Assembly: GCA_964619675.1 (NCBI GenBank)
Contig: CAZUEO010000003.1
Coordinates: 56,186 to 120,185 of the forward strand
Direction: 5' to 3'
From: an uncultured Planctomycetaceae bacterium
GTDB taxonomy: Bacteria > Planctomycetota > Phycisphaerae > Sedimentisphaerales > UBA12454
DNA: 64,000 nt
Both the position numbers and the translations under genes were made by a program. Shown in pieces: positions 36,974 to 45,170 of this stretch. The notes beneath the pieces were generated by a model that saw only the letters and a list, made by a program, of their open reading frames with translations, was not told where the DNA came from and ran no database searches. The stretch's first letter is position 1; every line of letters begins with the position of its first letter.

Positions 36974-37921
36974 TTAATTATTGAGTGTCAGCCGTTTTCT
37001 CAGCACCTCATATATCATCCAAAAACTGAGTATTGACAGCAATGCCCATGAAGCGAGGAAAAACAAGACCTCAAATATACTCGCATTCCTTGCAATATCG
37101 CCGGCTGTTATTAGTATAATGCCGAATATCAGCCAGCTTAAAGAAATCAATGCTGAAATTATGTAAAGAATCGAAAGATGCAAAGGGTTCTGTTTTGCCC
37201 ACTGAGCCAGAAAAGATAAACAGGATTCGTTATGCAGTAACCTTTCTTTTGCCGTTCTAAGATACAAAAGGCATACCAGCCAAAGAGAAGATACGGTGCA
37301 GGACCCGAAAAATATCGCTGTATATATAATTATATCCCGCTTCTTTTGTCCGCTATTGTCCGGCATAAAATCAATACATAGACTTTCTTTCTGCCAGCCT
37401 TCAAGTGCTGCTCCGGATTCGAGCTGGTCGCGCTCCTGCGGTGTTATTGTCTTTTTAGGGCCTGTATTAAACGTTTTAAGCTCAAAAGGATAGATATTCC
37501 CAAAAATTCCCCCTGGTATTTGAATGAGAAGATATTTGGTGTGGTCTAACGGCCTGACATTAAATGTGATTGTGAATAATTTCTCCTCTTGCGGTCTTAG
37601 ACTTTTACAATGTGTGGGAGACAGACCCGTAACGTTAAGGTCATTGCCGAAATTATCCATTACATAAATCCCAAAAACGTATCTGCTGGGTTTTAGGATT
37701 TTGTTTTTGGCTAATACTTTTACATTTAATGCTATGTAAAATTGGTCCGCTTTGCGGTATATCTGATTAATAGAAATTGAGACATCGTTTTCACGATAAG
37801 TGTCTGAAGTGTACAGCGGTAATGGAGAGCTACTATCAAGGCCTGCTGATGCGGCTGTGTAAATAACAAATACCGCTACAGCCGACAAGAACAAGAATAT
37901 ATATGTCTTCTTCGTTCTCAC
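36974..37921 (-). CDS. Orphan membrane protein: signal/TM, Ig-like (DUF4352-like) ectodomain, C-terminal multi-TM region
   Basis: It has a GTG start with AGGAG 10 nt upstream, a hydrophobic N-terminus, a beta-rich middle and about 4 C-terminal TM helices. I recognise no family motif. Confidence 0.45.
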   Translation of the reverse strand: MRTKKTYIFLFLSAVAVFVIYTAASAGLDSSSPLPLYTSDTYRENDVSISINQIYRKADQFYIALNVKVLAKNKILKPSRYVFGIYVMDNFGNDLNVTGLSPTHCKSLRPQEEKLFTITFNVRPLDHTKYLLIQIPGGIFGNIYPFELKTFNTGPKKTITPQERDQLESGAALEGWQKESLCIDFMPDNSGQKKRDIIIYTAIFFGSCTVSSLWLVCLLYLRTAKERLLHNESCLSFLAQWAKQNPLHLSILYIISALISLSWLIFGIILITAGDIARNASIFEVLFFLASWALLSILSFWMIYEVLRKRLTLNN

Positions 37922-37992
37922 TTCCGCAACTCCTCGCAGCTTGCCCGTGAGATACGCAGTTATCTCAATTCGGAGCCAGCCGCATAATATAT

Positions 37993-38020
37993 ATTATATC
38001 CAGTTTTTTTTAGGATTCAA
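37993..38020 (-). promoter_or_regulatory. Sigma70-like promoter on the minus strand (TTGAAT - 16 nt - TATAAT)
   Basis: Reverse-complement reading places the -35 at 38015-38020 and the -10 at 37993-37998, about 70 nt upstream of the GTG at 37921. Confidence 0.4.
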
Positions 38021-38541
38021 CAAAATTCTGGTTGTATTTATCCGAATAGTGTTTTAAGGCCCCGCAATGAGGCCATCCGACCCCCGGCTTTTCGAAAATA
38101 AACCACGCAGTTAGGGTTAACCGACGGAATAAAACCCCCCGATATAGCCAGGCAAAAACAATACCAATTTTATCCACAAATGGGAAAACCCAGTGGATTT
38201 TTTACAAAACGCGCAAAAAAAAACGTGCGCGTTTTGAAAATCTTAAAAAAATTTTGCCCTTATTTGACAAGGGTTTATGAAAAATCGACCCAGAATTTTT
38301 GCCGATTTTTTTGTAAAAACGCGCATTTTTTCAGGTAATACGGAGGGGGATGCTGGCCTGAAAGGCCAACATAGAGCAATCGAGAATCGAAAGTCGAGAG
38401 TTGAAATCCAGAATTCTCGATTGCGGTCAAATTTCGATTGTCGATTTTCGAAAAAAGGCAAATAGAAAGTCGGAAAGAATTGAAAAATGAACATTGAAGA
38501 TTGAAAATTTGGAGAATTAGCTAAAGGTGGAGAAATTTACT

Positions 38542-39189
38542 ATGTCAAAAATTAATCTTGCAATCCCGATTCCAACATTCATCGAAAGCATCGTCATTTA
38601 TTTTCTGCTGCGCTACAGGAAAAAGCATTGCGGCTATCCTTTTCGGAAAATCAGATTAATTCAGGCAAACCGCAGAGCAAAACCCATTTGTGCGAAAGTT
38701 GACCCGGACGATTATCAGACAGTTTCACAATACAATTGGCATCTTTATGAAAGCATCAGCAGAAATTACTATGCCGTCCGGTATGAAGAAAGAAGATATA
38801 TTAAAATGCACAGGGTTATTATGAACGCTCCTAAAGGTGTCATTGTTGACCATAAGGACGGGGATGGACTAAATAACACTAAAGATAATCTGCGTTTTGC
38901 GACATATGCCCAAAACAGCTACAACAAAAAGACAGGCAAAAACGGGAGTTCCAGATACAGAGGCGTCCATTTAATAAAAGAAACAGGAAAATACAGGGCA
39001 AAAATAAGTTATAATAGAATACGCAAACATTTAGGATATTTCGAAACGGAAGAAGATGCAGCGAGGGCGTATGACCGGGCTGCCAAAATTTATCACGGCG
39101 AATTCGCCATCCTGAACTTTGAGGACGTAACGAATCCCATTGCCAAATCGGCAGAAAACGAACCCTGCCCCCCGCATACGCGAGGGTAA
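38542..39189 (+). CDS. HNH endonuclease fused to an AP2/ERF-type DNA-binding domain (homing-endonuclease-like)
   Basis: The HNH_3 motif is HRVIM...VIVDHKDGDGLNNTKDNLRFATYAQN. The AP2 domain is SSRYRGVHLIKETGKYRAKISYNRIRKHLGYFETEEDAARAYDRAAKIYHGEFAILNF. ATG 38542 follows AAGGTGGAG. Confidence 0.8.
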   Translation: MSKINLAIPIPTFIESIVIYFLLRYRKKHCGYPFRKIRLIQANRRAKPICAKVDPDDYQTVSQYNWHLYESISRNYYAVRYEERRYIKMHRVIMNAPKGVIVDHKDGDGLNNTKDNLRFATYAQNSYNKKTGKNGSSRYRGVHLIKETGKYRAKISYNRIRKHLGYFETEEDAARAYDRAAKIYHGEFAILNFEDVTNPIAKSAENEPCPPHTRG

Positions 39190-39306
39190 ACTCCGTGTTG
39201 GCAGGGCTAACCGATAATAAATAAATTCACTTGCAAAAGAGGCAGTTTAGGGGTAAAAGCATACGAAATATGCGATAATCAATAATTGGATTAGGAGATT
39301 TTGAAA

Positions 39307-40308
39307 ATGGCAAAGATATATTATCGAAAGGATGCCCCAATCGGGCCGCTTAAGGGCAAAAAAGTAGCAGTAATCGGGTACGGCAGCCAGGGACACGCAC
39401 ACAGCCTGAACCTGCGGGACAGCGGTATCAAAGTGGCTGTTGCAGAACTTAAAGGCACCGCTAACTATAAACTCGCACAAAAGCACAAGTTCAAGCCGGG
39501 CGATATAAAGACGGCTATGAAAGGGGCGAGTTTGATAATCGTAACTGTGCCTGATGAAATGCAGGCTAAAGTTTATCAAGCCCTGATTAAGCCGAACCTC
39601 AAAGCGGGACAAACGCTCGGGTTCTGTCACGGCTTTAATATCCATTTTAAATACATTGTGCCGCCAGGGAATGTGAACGTTGTTATGATTGCGCCGAAGG
39701 GGCCGGGACATCTTGTACGCAGCGAATATGAAAAGGGCGGCGGTGTACCCTGTCTTGTGGCTGTCAAGCAGGATGCGACCGGAAACGCAAAGAAAATCGC
39801 GCTTGCCTGGGGCAACGGTATCGGCGGAGCAAGGGCGGGTATCATACAGACCACCTACAAGGAAGAAACCGAGACAGATTTGTTCGGCGAGCAGGTAGTT
39901 TTGTGCGGCGGGCTTACTTCGCTGGTTAAGGCAGGATTCGAAACGCTCGTCAAGGCGGGTTATCAGCCTGAGATTGCCTATTTCGAATGTATGCACGAGG
40001 TAAAACTTATCGTTGACCTTATGTATCAGGGCGGGATGAGTTATATGAGGTATTCAATTTCAAATACTGCGGAATACGGCGACTTGACGAGAGGGCCGAA
40101 AATCATAACCGACAGGACGAGAGCCGAGATGAAAAAAATCCTGGCTGATATCAGGAGCGGGAAATTTGCAAGAGAATGGGTAAATGAATACAAAAGCGGT
40201 ATGAAAAAATTCAACGCGCTCTACAAAAAAGACTATAACTGCAGGCTTGAAAAGGTCGGGCGAAACTTGCGAAAAATGATGAAATGGATTAACACGAAAG
40301 AAGTATAA
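39307..40308 (+). CDS. ilvC: Ketol-acid reductoisomerase
   Basis: [21 protein letters not shown] and the class I KARI C-terminal knotted domain are present. Confidence 0.95.
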   Translation: MAKIYYRKDAPIGPLKGKKVAVIGYGSQGHAHSLNLRDSGIKVAVAELKGTANYKLAQKHKFKPGDIKTAMKGASLIIVTVPDEMQAKVYQALIKPNLKAGQTLGFCHGFNIHFKYIVPPGNVNVVMIAPKGPGHLVRSEYEKGGGVPCLVAVKQDATGNAKKIALAWGNGIGGARAGIIQTTYKEETETDLFGEQVVLCGGLTSLVKAGFETLVKAGYQPEIAYFECMHEVKLIVDLMYQGGMSYMRYSISNTAEYGDLTRGPKIITDRTRAEMKKILADIRSGKFAREWVNEYKSGMKKFNALYKKDYNCRLEKVGRNLRKMMKWINTKEV

Positions 40309-40343
40309 CAAGAAAATAAAAAATCAAAAATAAAAATTAAGGA

Positions 40344-40370
40344 ATCCCGATAAATCGGGATGATTATTTT
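40344..40370 (+). terminator. Rho-independent terminator-like hairpin after ilvC
   Basis: ATCCCGA-taaa-TCGGGAT (40344-40361) is followed by a T-rich tract. This argues for ATG 40372 as the start of the next gene. Confidence 0.45.
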
Positions 40371-40371
40371 T

Positions 40372-41130
40372 ATGGAAAACAAAACCTTACGAATCTTAAA
40401 TTGTTTGTTGTTTTATAGTGTTGTTCCAGCCGTATTGTTTTGCGCGAGCTGCGGGGTTGAAGAGCCGCTTGAGAGGGTTAGGCCTGAGCCAAGGCCTTAT
40501 ACAAAGCAGCTACCCAATGCTTATGACAGAATCGCTCTCGGCAGGAGCACAAGCGCCGATGTGCTGGAGAGTATAAAACAATATAAGCAGGAATTTATAA
40601 GCCAGAGCGAAAGCGTCATTGCCAGCTACGGAGAAAAGAAAAAAACCTATCAGTTCTGGCTGACTATGGCTGCCTTTGACGAAGAAGAATTTACCGTGAC
40701 GAGAAAATATTTCCTGACGGTTGATGAAAAGCCGTGGCACATTGCCGCCGAAGGACAGAAGCTGCGGTTTGATACCGAGATGATTCTTGACGAAGAAACT
40801 TTATCGGAGGCTTATACGAGCGAAAATCAAAAGCGGATTGCAATACTGAAAAAGGTGCTCCAGAACACGCGCGACGACATTTCGCAGATTCGCCAGGAGA
40901 GCAAAATTCCCGATACGGCGGTAATGATGATAAATCAGATGCTCGAAAGAATACTTTACGTGCTGAGTCAGTCGCCTGCCCTTGCGGAAAAACTCGACCG
41001 GCCGGAAGGCTTGGAGTTCGACCATCTGACGATGGGCAAGGGACGAGTGGGAATGAAACTTGAAGATGAAAATGTTGCCGTAGTCAGGATAAGAATCGGC
41101 AGATTGTGGCAGATATGGAAGAAAAAGTAA
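40372..41130 (+). CDS. Hypothetical lipoprotein
   Basis: The signal peptide has a lipobox-like VLFCASCG. No recognisable domain is present. Confidence 0.5.
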   Translation: MENKTLRILNCLLFYSVVPAVLFCASCGVEEPLERVRPEPRPYTKQLPNAYDRIALGRSTSADVLESIKQYKQEFISQSESVIASYGEKKKTYQFWLTMAAFDEEEFTVTRKYFLTVDEKPWHIAAEGQKLRFDTEMILDEETLSEAYTSENQKRIAILKKVLQNTRDDISQIRQESKIPDTAVMMINQMLERILYVLSQSPALAEKLDRPEGLEFDHLTMGKGRVGMKLEDENVAVVRIRIGRLWQIWKKK

Positions 41131-41164
41131 AATTACCGCCTTGGGCGGCGGGGGCTAAATGGTT

Positions 41165-41893
41165 TTATTGCAATTTGGCCGGGGAACAGATTTTTTCCTG
41201 AATATTTTCAAGCCTTCCAAAGCAAATTAGCTCGTCATCGAGTGAAAATATTGTGTTCGGAGAGGGATTGGGTATTGTTTCGTGCCCCCTTACGACGGCA
41301 AGAACAGTTATGTCATAGCTTCTCAGTTTTGATTCAATCAGCGTTTTGGCCAGTATCGGACTATCTTCACGAATTGTTATCCTCGATACGCCATAGCCGC
41401 CTGTTGCTATTAAAAGCTCCTCGAAGGTTACAGGTTTTATCATTTCCTGTTTTAAAACGAATTTTCTAAGCAGGCCTGTCAGATGCCGAGTAAAGCTCCT
41501 GTTGGTGAACAACTTATATATTATTAAAAGCAGCAGTATAATAACAGCAAGATTGACCCAGGGCAGATGTTCGGCGGGGATAATGTTCTTAAGAAAAGGC
41601 AATGAGACCTTCGTGCCTGCAGCGCCCGGCCTTAAAGAGTTCGCGAAGGTTGCTATCATAGTTACAAGTCCCGCGTTGCCGAAAACTATGAGCATCGAAG
41701 CAATTTTACGTCTTTGAGGATTTGAAACAATCAGCTCGGATTCTTTCGTCGTAAAGCCGGTGCCTGAAAAGCAGCTTAGAGACTGAAATTCAGCCAGCGA
41801 CCACTCGAGCCCTGTAAGCTGAAAAGCAACCGCTCCGATGCGGACAATAATAAAGGATATTAAAATGACTATAATGAAAAGTATAAGGTTCAT
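41165..41893 (-). CDS. Membrane protein with C-terminal TrkA-C (RCK_C) domain
   Basis: The N-terminal TM/pore-loop-like region has FSGTGFTT. The C-terminal region is ITIREDSPILAKTLIESKLR...VLAVVRGHETIPNPSPNTIFSLDDELICFG. Confidence 0.55.
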   Translation of the reverse strand: MNLILFIIVILISFIIVRIGAVAFQLTGLEWSLAEFQSLSCFSGTGFTTKESELIVSNPQRRKIASMLIVFGNAGLVTMIATFANSLRPGAAGTKVSLPFLKNIIPAEHLPWVNLAVIILLLLIIYKLFTNRSFTRHLTGLLRKFVLKQEMIKPVTFEELLIATGGYGVSRITIREDSPILAKTLIESKLRSYDITVLAVVRGHETIPNPSPNTIFSLDDELICFGRLENIQEKICSPAKLQ

Positions 41894-41926
41894 AGTTATA
41901 TTCCTTCTGACGAGATTTCGGTGCTG

Positions 41927-42994
41927 TTAAAGCCAGTTCTTCCTTTTAAACATAAAGAGCATCGCTGCAATAATGGCTATTATTATAATCCAGAAACCTG
42001 CCGGGTACATCCACCTGGAATGCAGCTCGGGCATATGCTCGAAGTTCATTCCATAAACGCCTGCGATAAAACCGAGGGGAATAAATATAGTGGCTATTAT
42101 CGTCAGGACCTTCATTACCGAATTCATTCTGTTACTGACCCCTGAAAGGTATAAGTCCATCATGCCGGAGGCCATATCGCGAAAACTTTCCAGCGTGTCA
42201 ATAATCTGTATCGTATGGTCGTAAACATCGCTAAAGTATATTTCCGTATTTTTGGTTATCTGTGCCGTTTCACTTTTTCTGAGACTGTTGACGACTTCGC
42301 GCAGCGGCCAGATGGATTTTCTCAGGATAATCAGTTCGCGTTTTATCGAATGGATTTTCCGCACGGTTTTTTCCGTCGGGTCTGAAACGACTTCGTCCTC
42401 GAGTGATTCTATTATTTCGCCGAGTTTTTCGAGTATCACAAAATAATTGTCAACTATTGCGTCAATGAGCGAATAGACAAGGTAATCGGCCTCCATTTTT
42501 CTAATGCGTCCCTTGGCCTGGCGAATGCGCTCGCGAATAAAGTCAAATACGTCTCCGGGCCTTTCCTGAAAGGACAGGACGAAGTTACCGCCCAAAATCA
42601 GGCTGACCTGCTCGCCGTCAATGGTTTTGTCCGCATCGTTAAACGTCAGCATTTTGAGAACAACAAAGATATAATTTTCAAATGTCTCAATTTTGGGTCT
42701 CTGGTCCGTATTGACAATATCCTCGAGAGTCAGAGGATGAATGTTGAAGAAGCGGCCTGCCTGCTCGATTGTGCCCATATCATCAAGGCCGTCGATGTTC
42801 AGCCAGGTAACGGATGCTCTTTCCTTGAGGTCGCGGCACTGCTCAATGCTGCTTAGCTGTTTTTCCTGAAAGTCATCGTTATTATAGTCAATGACGGTGA
42901 TTTTTACGTCGCCTGTTCCTGCCCGGCCTATGTGGACGAGGGTTCCCGGCAGCAGACCTGATTTTTGGGAGCGTTTTTTGAACAGTTTTTTCAT
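41927..42994 (-). CDS. corA: Magnesium/cobalt transporter CorA
   Basis: The YGMNF (GMN) motif lies between two C-terminal TM helices. Confidence 0.9.
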   Translation of the reverse strand: MKKLFKKRSQKSGLLPGTLVHIGRAGTGDVKITVIDYNNDDFQEKQLSSIEQCRDLKERASVTWLNIDGLDDMGTIEQAGRFFNIHPLTLEDIVNTDQRPKIETFENYIFVVLKMLTFNDADKTIDGEQVSLILGGNFVLSFQERPGDVFDFIRERIRQAKGRIRKMEADYLVYSLIDAIVDNYFVILEKLGEIIESLEDEVVSDPTEKTVRKIHSIKRELIILRKSIWPLREVVNSLRKSETAQITKNTEIYFSDVYDHTIQIIDTLESFRDMASGMMDLYLSGVSNRMNSVMKVLTIIATIFIPLGFIAGVYGMNFEHMPELHSRWMYPAGFWIIIIAIIAAMLFMFKRKNWL

Positions 42995-43117
42995 TATTTA
43001 TGCAGATTATTTGAATACCGGCTGATTGTCAAGCAATGAGTCCCTGCAAAAGTTTGAAAAAATCTCAGGCAGCAGGAGTCGAGTCGGCAAAGGATTTTAT
43101 TTCTTCTATCTTAACCT

Positions 43118-43786
43118 TTAAACTTCGACGGGGCAAAGTCCGTTTTGCGGCTGCCTGAGGCGGCCATCCATGGCCGCATTATTTACAGAAGAAACAGCAG
43201 TTTGGCGGATATTCGGCCGAGGCTGCAACTGCTGCTGTGCAGAAAAAATCGCCTGTGTCTGGAAAAGGACAAGAAACCTGATGAAATCGGCAGGCACACA
43301 GCGAAAGCCGGCAGCAAGTATTTTTTCTTCCACCATTGAAGCAACTGTTCTTGCCGTGGTTCTGTCGAGATTATACTCAGTAATAAGATCGTTAATAATT
43401 TTAGATTTATTCCAGCAATCTTCCGGCTGTATCGCCGTGCTCCTGCGCAATCTGACGGCATCAGAAAACTTTTTAATGTCGGATTTTATTACTTTAAGCC
43501 TTGTCCTTAAAAGGTCGCGTTTATAGTGGTATTCGGCAAGATTGACAGCAGCAACATCGTGCCCGGTGGACGAGAGAACAGCCTGAATTATCGACAAAAT
43601 CGCATTGCTTGTGATTTTATTCGAGCCGTATTTGCCGTACAGGTAAAACGTAACGGCTTCGGCAAGCTCGCGTGCAACAGAGGTATCCGCAGGCTGGGCA
43701 AAGGCATTGACAAACGCCGCAAGTACCTTTGTGTGCAGGTACCCTTCCTCTGTACCATCAGCTTTTATTACTTTTAGCTGCATCAC
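43118..43786 (-). CDS. Stand-alone ATP-cone domain protein (one clear and one probable ATP-cone)
   Basis: LKVIKADGTEEGYLHTKVLAAFVNAF...ITSNAILSIIQAVL fits the ATP-cone pattern. A second LKVIKSD...WNKSKIINDLITEY...ARTVASMVEEKI unit follows. The gene is 45 nt downstream of nrdR. Confidence 0.45.
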   Translation of the reverse strand: MMQLKVIKADGTEEGYLHTKVLAAFVNAFAQPADTSVARELAEAVTFYLYGKYGSNKITSNAILSIIQAVLSSTGHDVAAVNLAEYHYKRDLLRTRLKVIKSDIKKFSDAVRLRRSTAIQPEDCWNKSKIINDLITEYNLDRTTARTVASMVEEKILAAGFRCVPADFIRFLVLFQTQAIFSAQQQLQPRPNIRQTAVSSVNNAAMDGRLRQPQNGLCPVEV

Positions 43787-43831
43787 ACCATTCTTTCGAC
43801 TGCGCTCAAGACAGGCTTTATTTAGATATTT

Positions 43832-44323
43832 TCAGTCTGTAAACAGCTTTGGCTGATTTATATTATCAGGTTCCAGAATTGCCTGACTTACTTCATTTAT
43901 AAATTCGCCTGCATCTGTGAATTGCCGATAAACGCTTGCGAAGCGAATATATGCCACCTTGTCAACGGCTTTCAGATGCCTCATCGTGCTTTGGCCGATA
44001 AACTTTGAATTCACTTCCTTATCAGAATGCCTGAATATGTCTTCTTCAATCTTGTCGGTAATCTGCTGTATCTGTTCGGCAGAAACCGGTCTTTTGTAGC
44101 AGGCCTTCTGCAGGCCGGTAATTACCTTTTCCCTCTCGTAGGGAACGCGCGAGTTATCTTTTTTGATAACATTAAGTTTAAAGCTTTCACTAACTTTTTC
44201 ATAAGTTGTAAACCTTCTGCGACAAGCCAGGCAATGACGCCGCCGACGAATTACCCGGCCCGCCTCGCTTGAGCGCGAGTCGATAACCTTGTCACGGTTT
44301 TCCTTGCAATATGGACATTTCAC
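43832..44323 (-). CDS. nrdR: Transcriptional repressor NrdR
   Basis: MKCPYCKENRDKVIDSRSSEAGRVIRRRRHCLACRRRFTTYE is the zinc ribbon. An ATP-cone follows. Confidence 0.95.
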   Translation of the reverse strand: MKCPYCKENRDKVIDSRSSEAGRVIRRRRHCLACRRRFTTYEKVSESFKLNVIKKDNSRVPYEREKVITGLQKACYKRPVSAEQIQQITDKIEEDIFRHSDKEVNSKFIGQSTMRHLKAVDKVAYIRFASVYRQFTDAGEFINEVSQAILEPDNINQPKLFTD

Positions 44324-44345
44324 GTTTCTTTTTCTGCCATTAACA

Positions 44346-44391
44346 CCACAATATTTTGAGCCGAGGCTATTCTAAACCCCATATATAGTAT
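44346..44391. promoter_or_regulatory. Two candidate NrdR boxes directly upstream of nrdR
   Basis: Box 1 at 44346-44361 is ccaCaAtATtTtGagc. Box 2 at 44376-44391 is accCcAtATaTaGtat. They score 12/16 and 13/16 against the NrdR-box consensus as I recall it (acaCwAtATaTwGtgt). The centres are 30 bp apart. Confidence 0.45.
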
Positions 44392-44561
44392 GTCAATCAA
44401 AAATATTTAAAAATTTTGCTTACAGCTGGTCGGGATTGTTAGTAAATTTTTTTATTTTTCTTAAAGCAGGTGAGTTAATAGGGTAACAGCAAGTGTTATG
44501 AAGAATTCACAGGAAATAAAGAGGAGATAAGAAAGTAAGATAAGGATGTGCCAGAGCGCAT

Positions 44562-44596
44562 AAAAAAGGTCTCTGCGTCCCCTAACGACAGAGACC
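44562..44596 (-). terminator. Rho-independent terminator (minus strand)
   Basis: An 8-bp stem GGTCTCTG/CAGAGACC (44568-75 / 44589-96) is followed on the minus strand by U6 (A-run 44562-67). Confidence 0.5.
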
Positions 44597-44641
44597 CAAG
44601 ATCAATATATGAGCAGTCCCCCCACAGAAATTGATAAAATC

Positions 44642-44700
44642 GGGACACGTTACGGTTTTAGACGGCCGGGACAGGCCGGCCTTACTTTTTAATGTGTCCC
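44642..44700 (+). other. Nested stem-loop: outer GGGACAC/GTGTCCC, inner GGCCGG/CCGGCC followed by a T-rich run
   Basis: The outer stem is 44642-48 / 44694-700. The inner hairpin is 44664-81, followed by TTACTTTTT. Confidence 0.35.
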
Positions 44701-44771
44701 TGTCAGTTTTACTTGCTGTGCTGCAGCAAAGAGCACGTAACCTCGGCGAAGGCGGCTAAATTTTATTTTTC

Positions 44772-44925
44772 AAATCCCGACAGGTCGGGATTTTCAATTT
44801 CGCCTGCCCTGGTTATTCCCCCCAAGGCAGGAAGCACAAGTTAAAGGAGGAGAGAAGAAGTCAATTTTGTCAGCGATTTTTTCTTATTATTACTATACTT
44901 TCAAAGCATAAGAAATAAGTTCAAC
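44772..44925. repeat. Structured tandem element, copy 1
   Basis: Hairpin 1 is AAATCCCGAC/GTCGGGATTT. After a 10-nt linker TCAATTTCG.., hairpin 2 is CCTGCC(44803-08)...GGCAGG(44826-31) with a C6 loop, then AAGGAGGAG. It aligns with copy 2 at a 184-bp offset. Confidence 0.65.
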
Positions 44926-44958
44926 AAAAGCAAATTAGCCGGAATTTCTTTATTTATC

Positions 44959-45110
44959 AAAGCTCCTGCAAGCTTTTCAGTTACCACCTGCCCTGGTTCA
45001 TCCCCCCAAGGCAGGAGCACAAATAGTAGAAGGAGATAAGGAGTCCTTTTCACATCTTTTCTTGTCTCCATTAAAAATATAAGAAATGAAGTGTAAAGAG
45101 GCAAATCGGG
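44959..45110. repeat. Structured tandem element, copy 2
   Basis: Hairpin 1 has a different sequence, AAAGCT/AGCTTT. After an 11-nt linker TCAGTTACCA., hairpin 2 is CCTGCC(44987-92)...GGCAGG(45010-15) with a C6 loop, then GAAGGAGAT. Confidence 0.65.
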
Positions 45111-45170
45111 CATAATAAATTTTAATGCGGCAGTGAAAGACGTGAAATAGCGGCATTATGGGACGTTTTT

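Larger units (their letters stand above)
35464..39300. other. AT-richer accessory segment inserted between ilvBN and ilvC
   Basis: ilvN ends at 35463 and ilvC starts at 39307. The interval holds repeat-rich DNA, two orphan minus-strand genes, a candidate sRNA and an HNH-AP2 gene. A spot GC count of 37% was taken at 36001-36060. Confidence 0.55.

Noticed and set aside
39247-39996. 249-aa ORF on the minus strand
   Set aside because: It is entirely antisense to the strongly conserved ilvC reading frame, has no recognisable motif and no RBS. It is a shadow ORF.
42995-43117. Mg2+ riboswitch (M-box) upstream of corA
   Set aside because: The leader is only about 120 nt and has no recognisable M-box helices or conserved motifs.
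44901-45113. 70-aa minus-strand ORF in the nrdR-thyA spacer
   Set aside because: It spans the tandem structured repeats, has no RBS, and its sequence is dictated by the repeat. It is probably non-coding.
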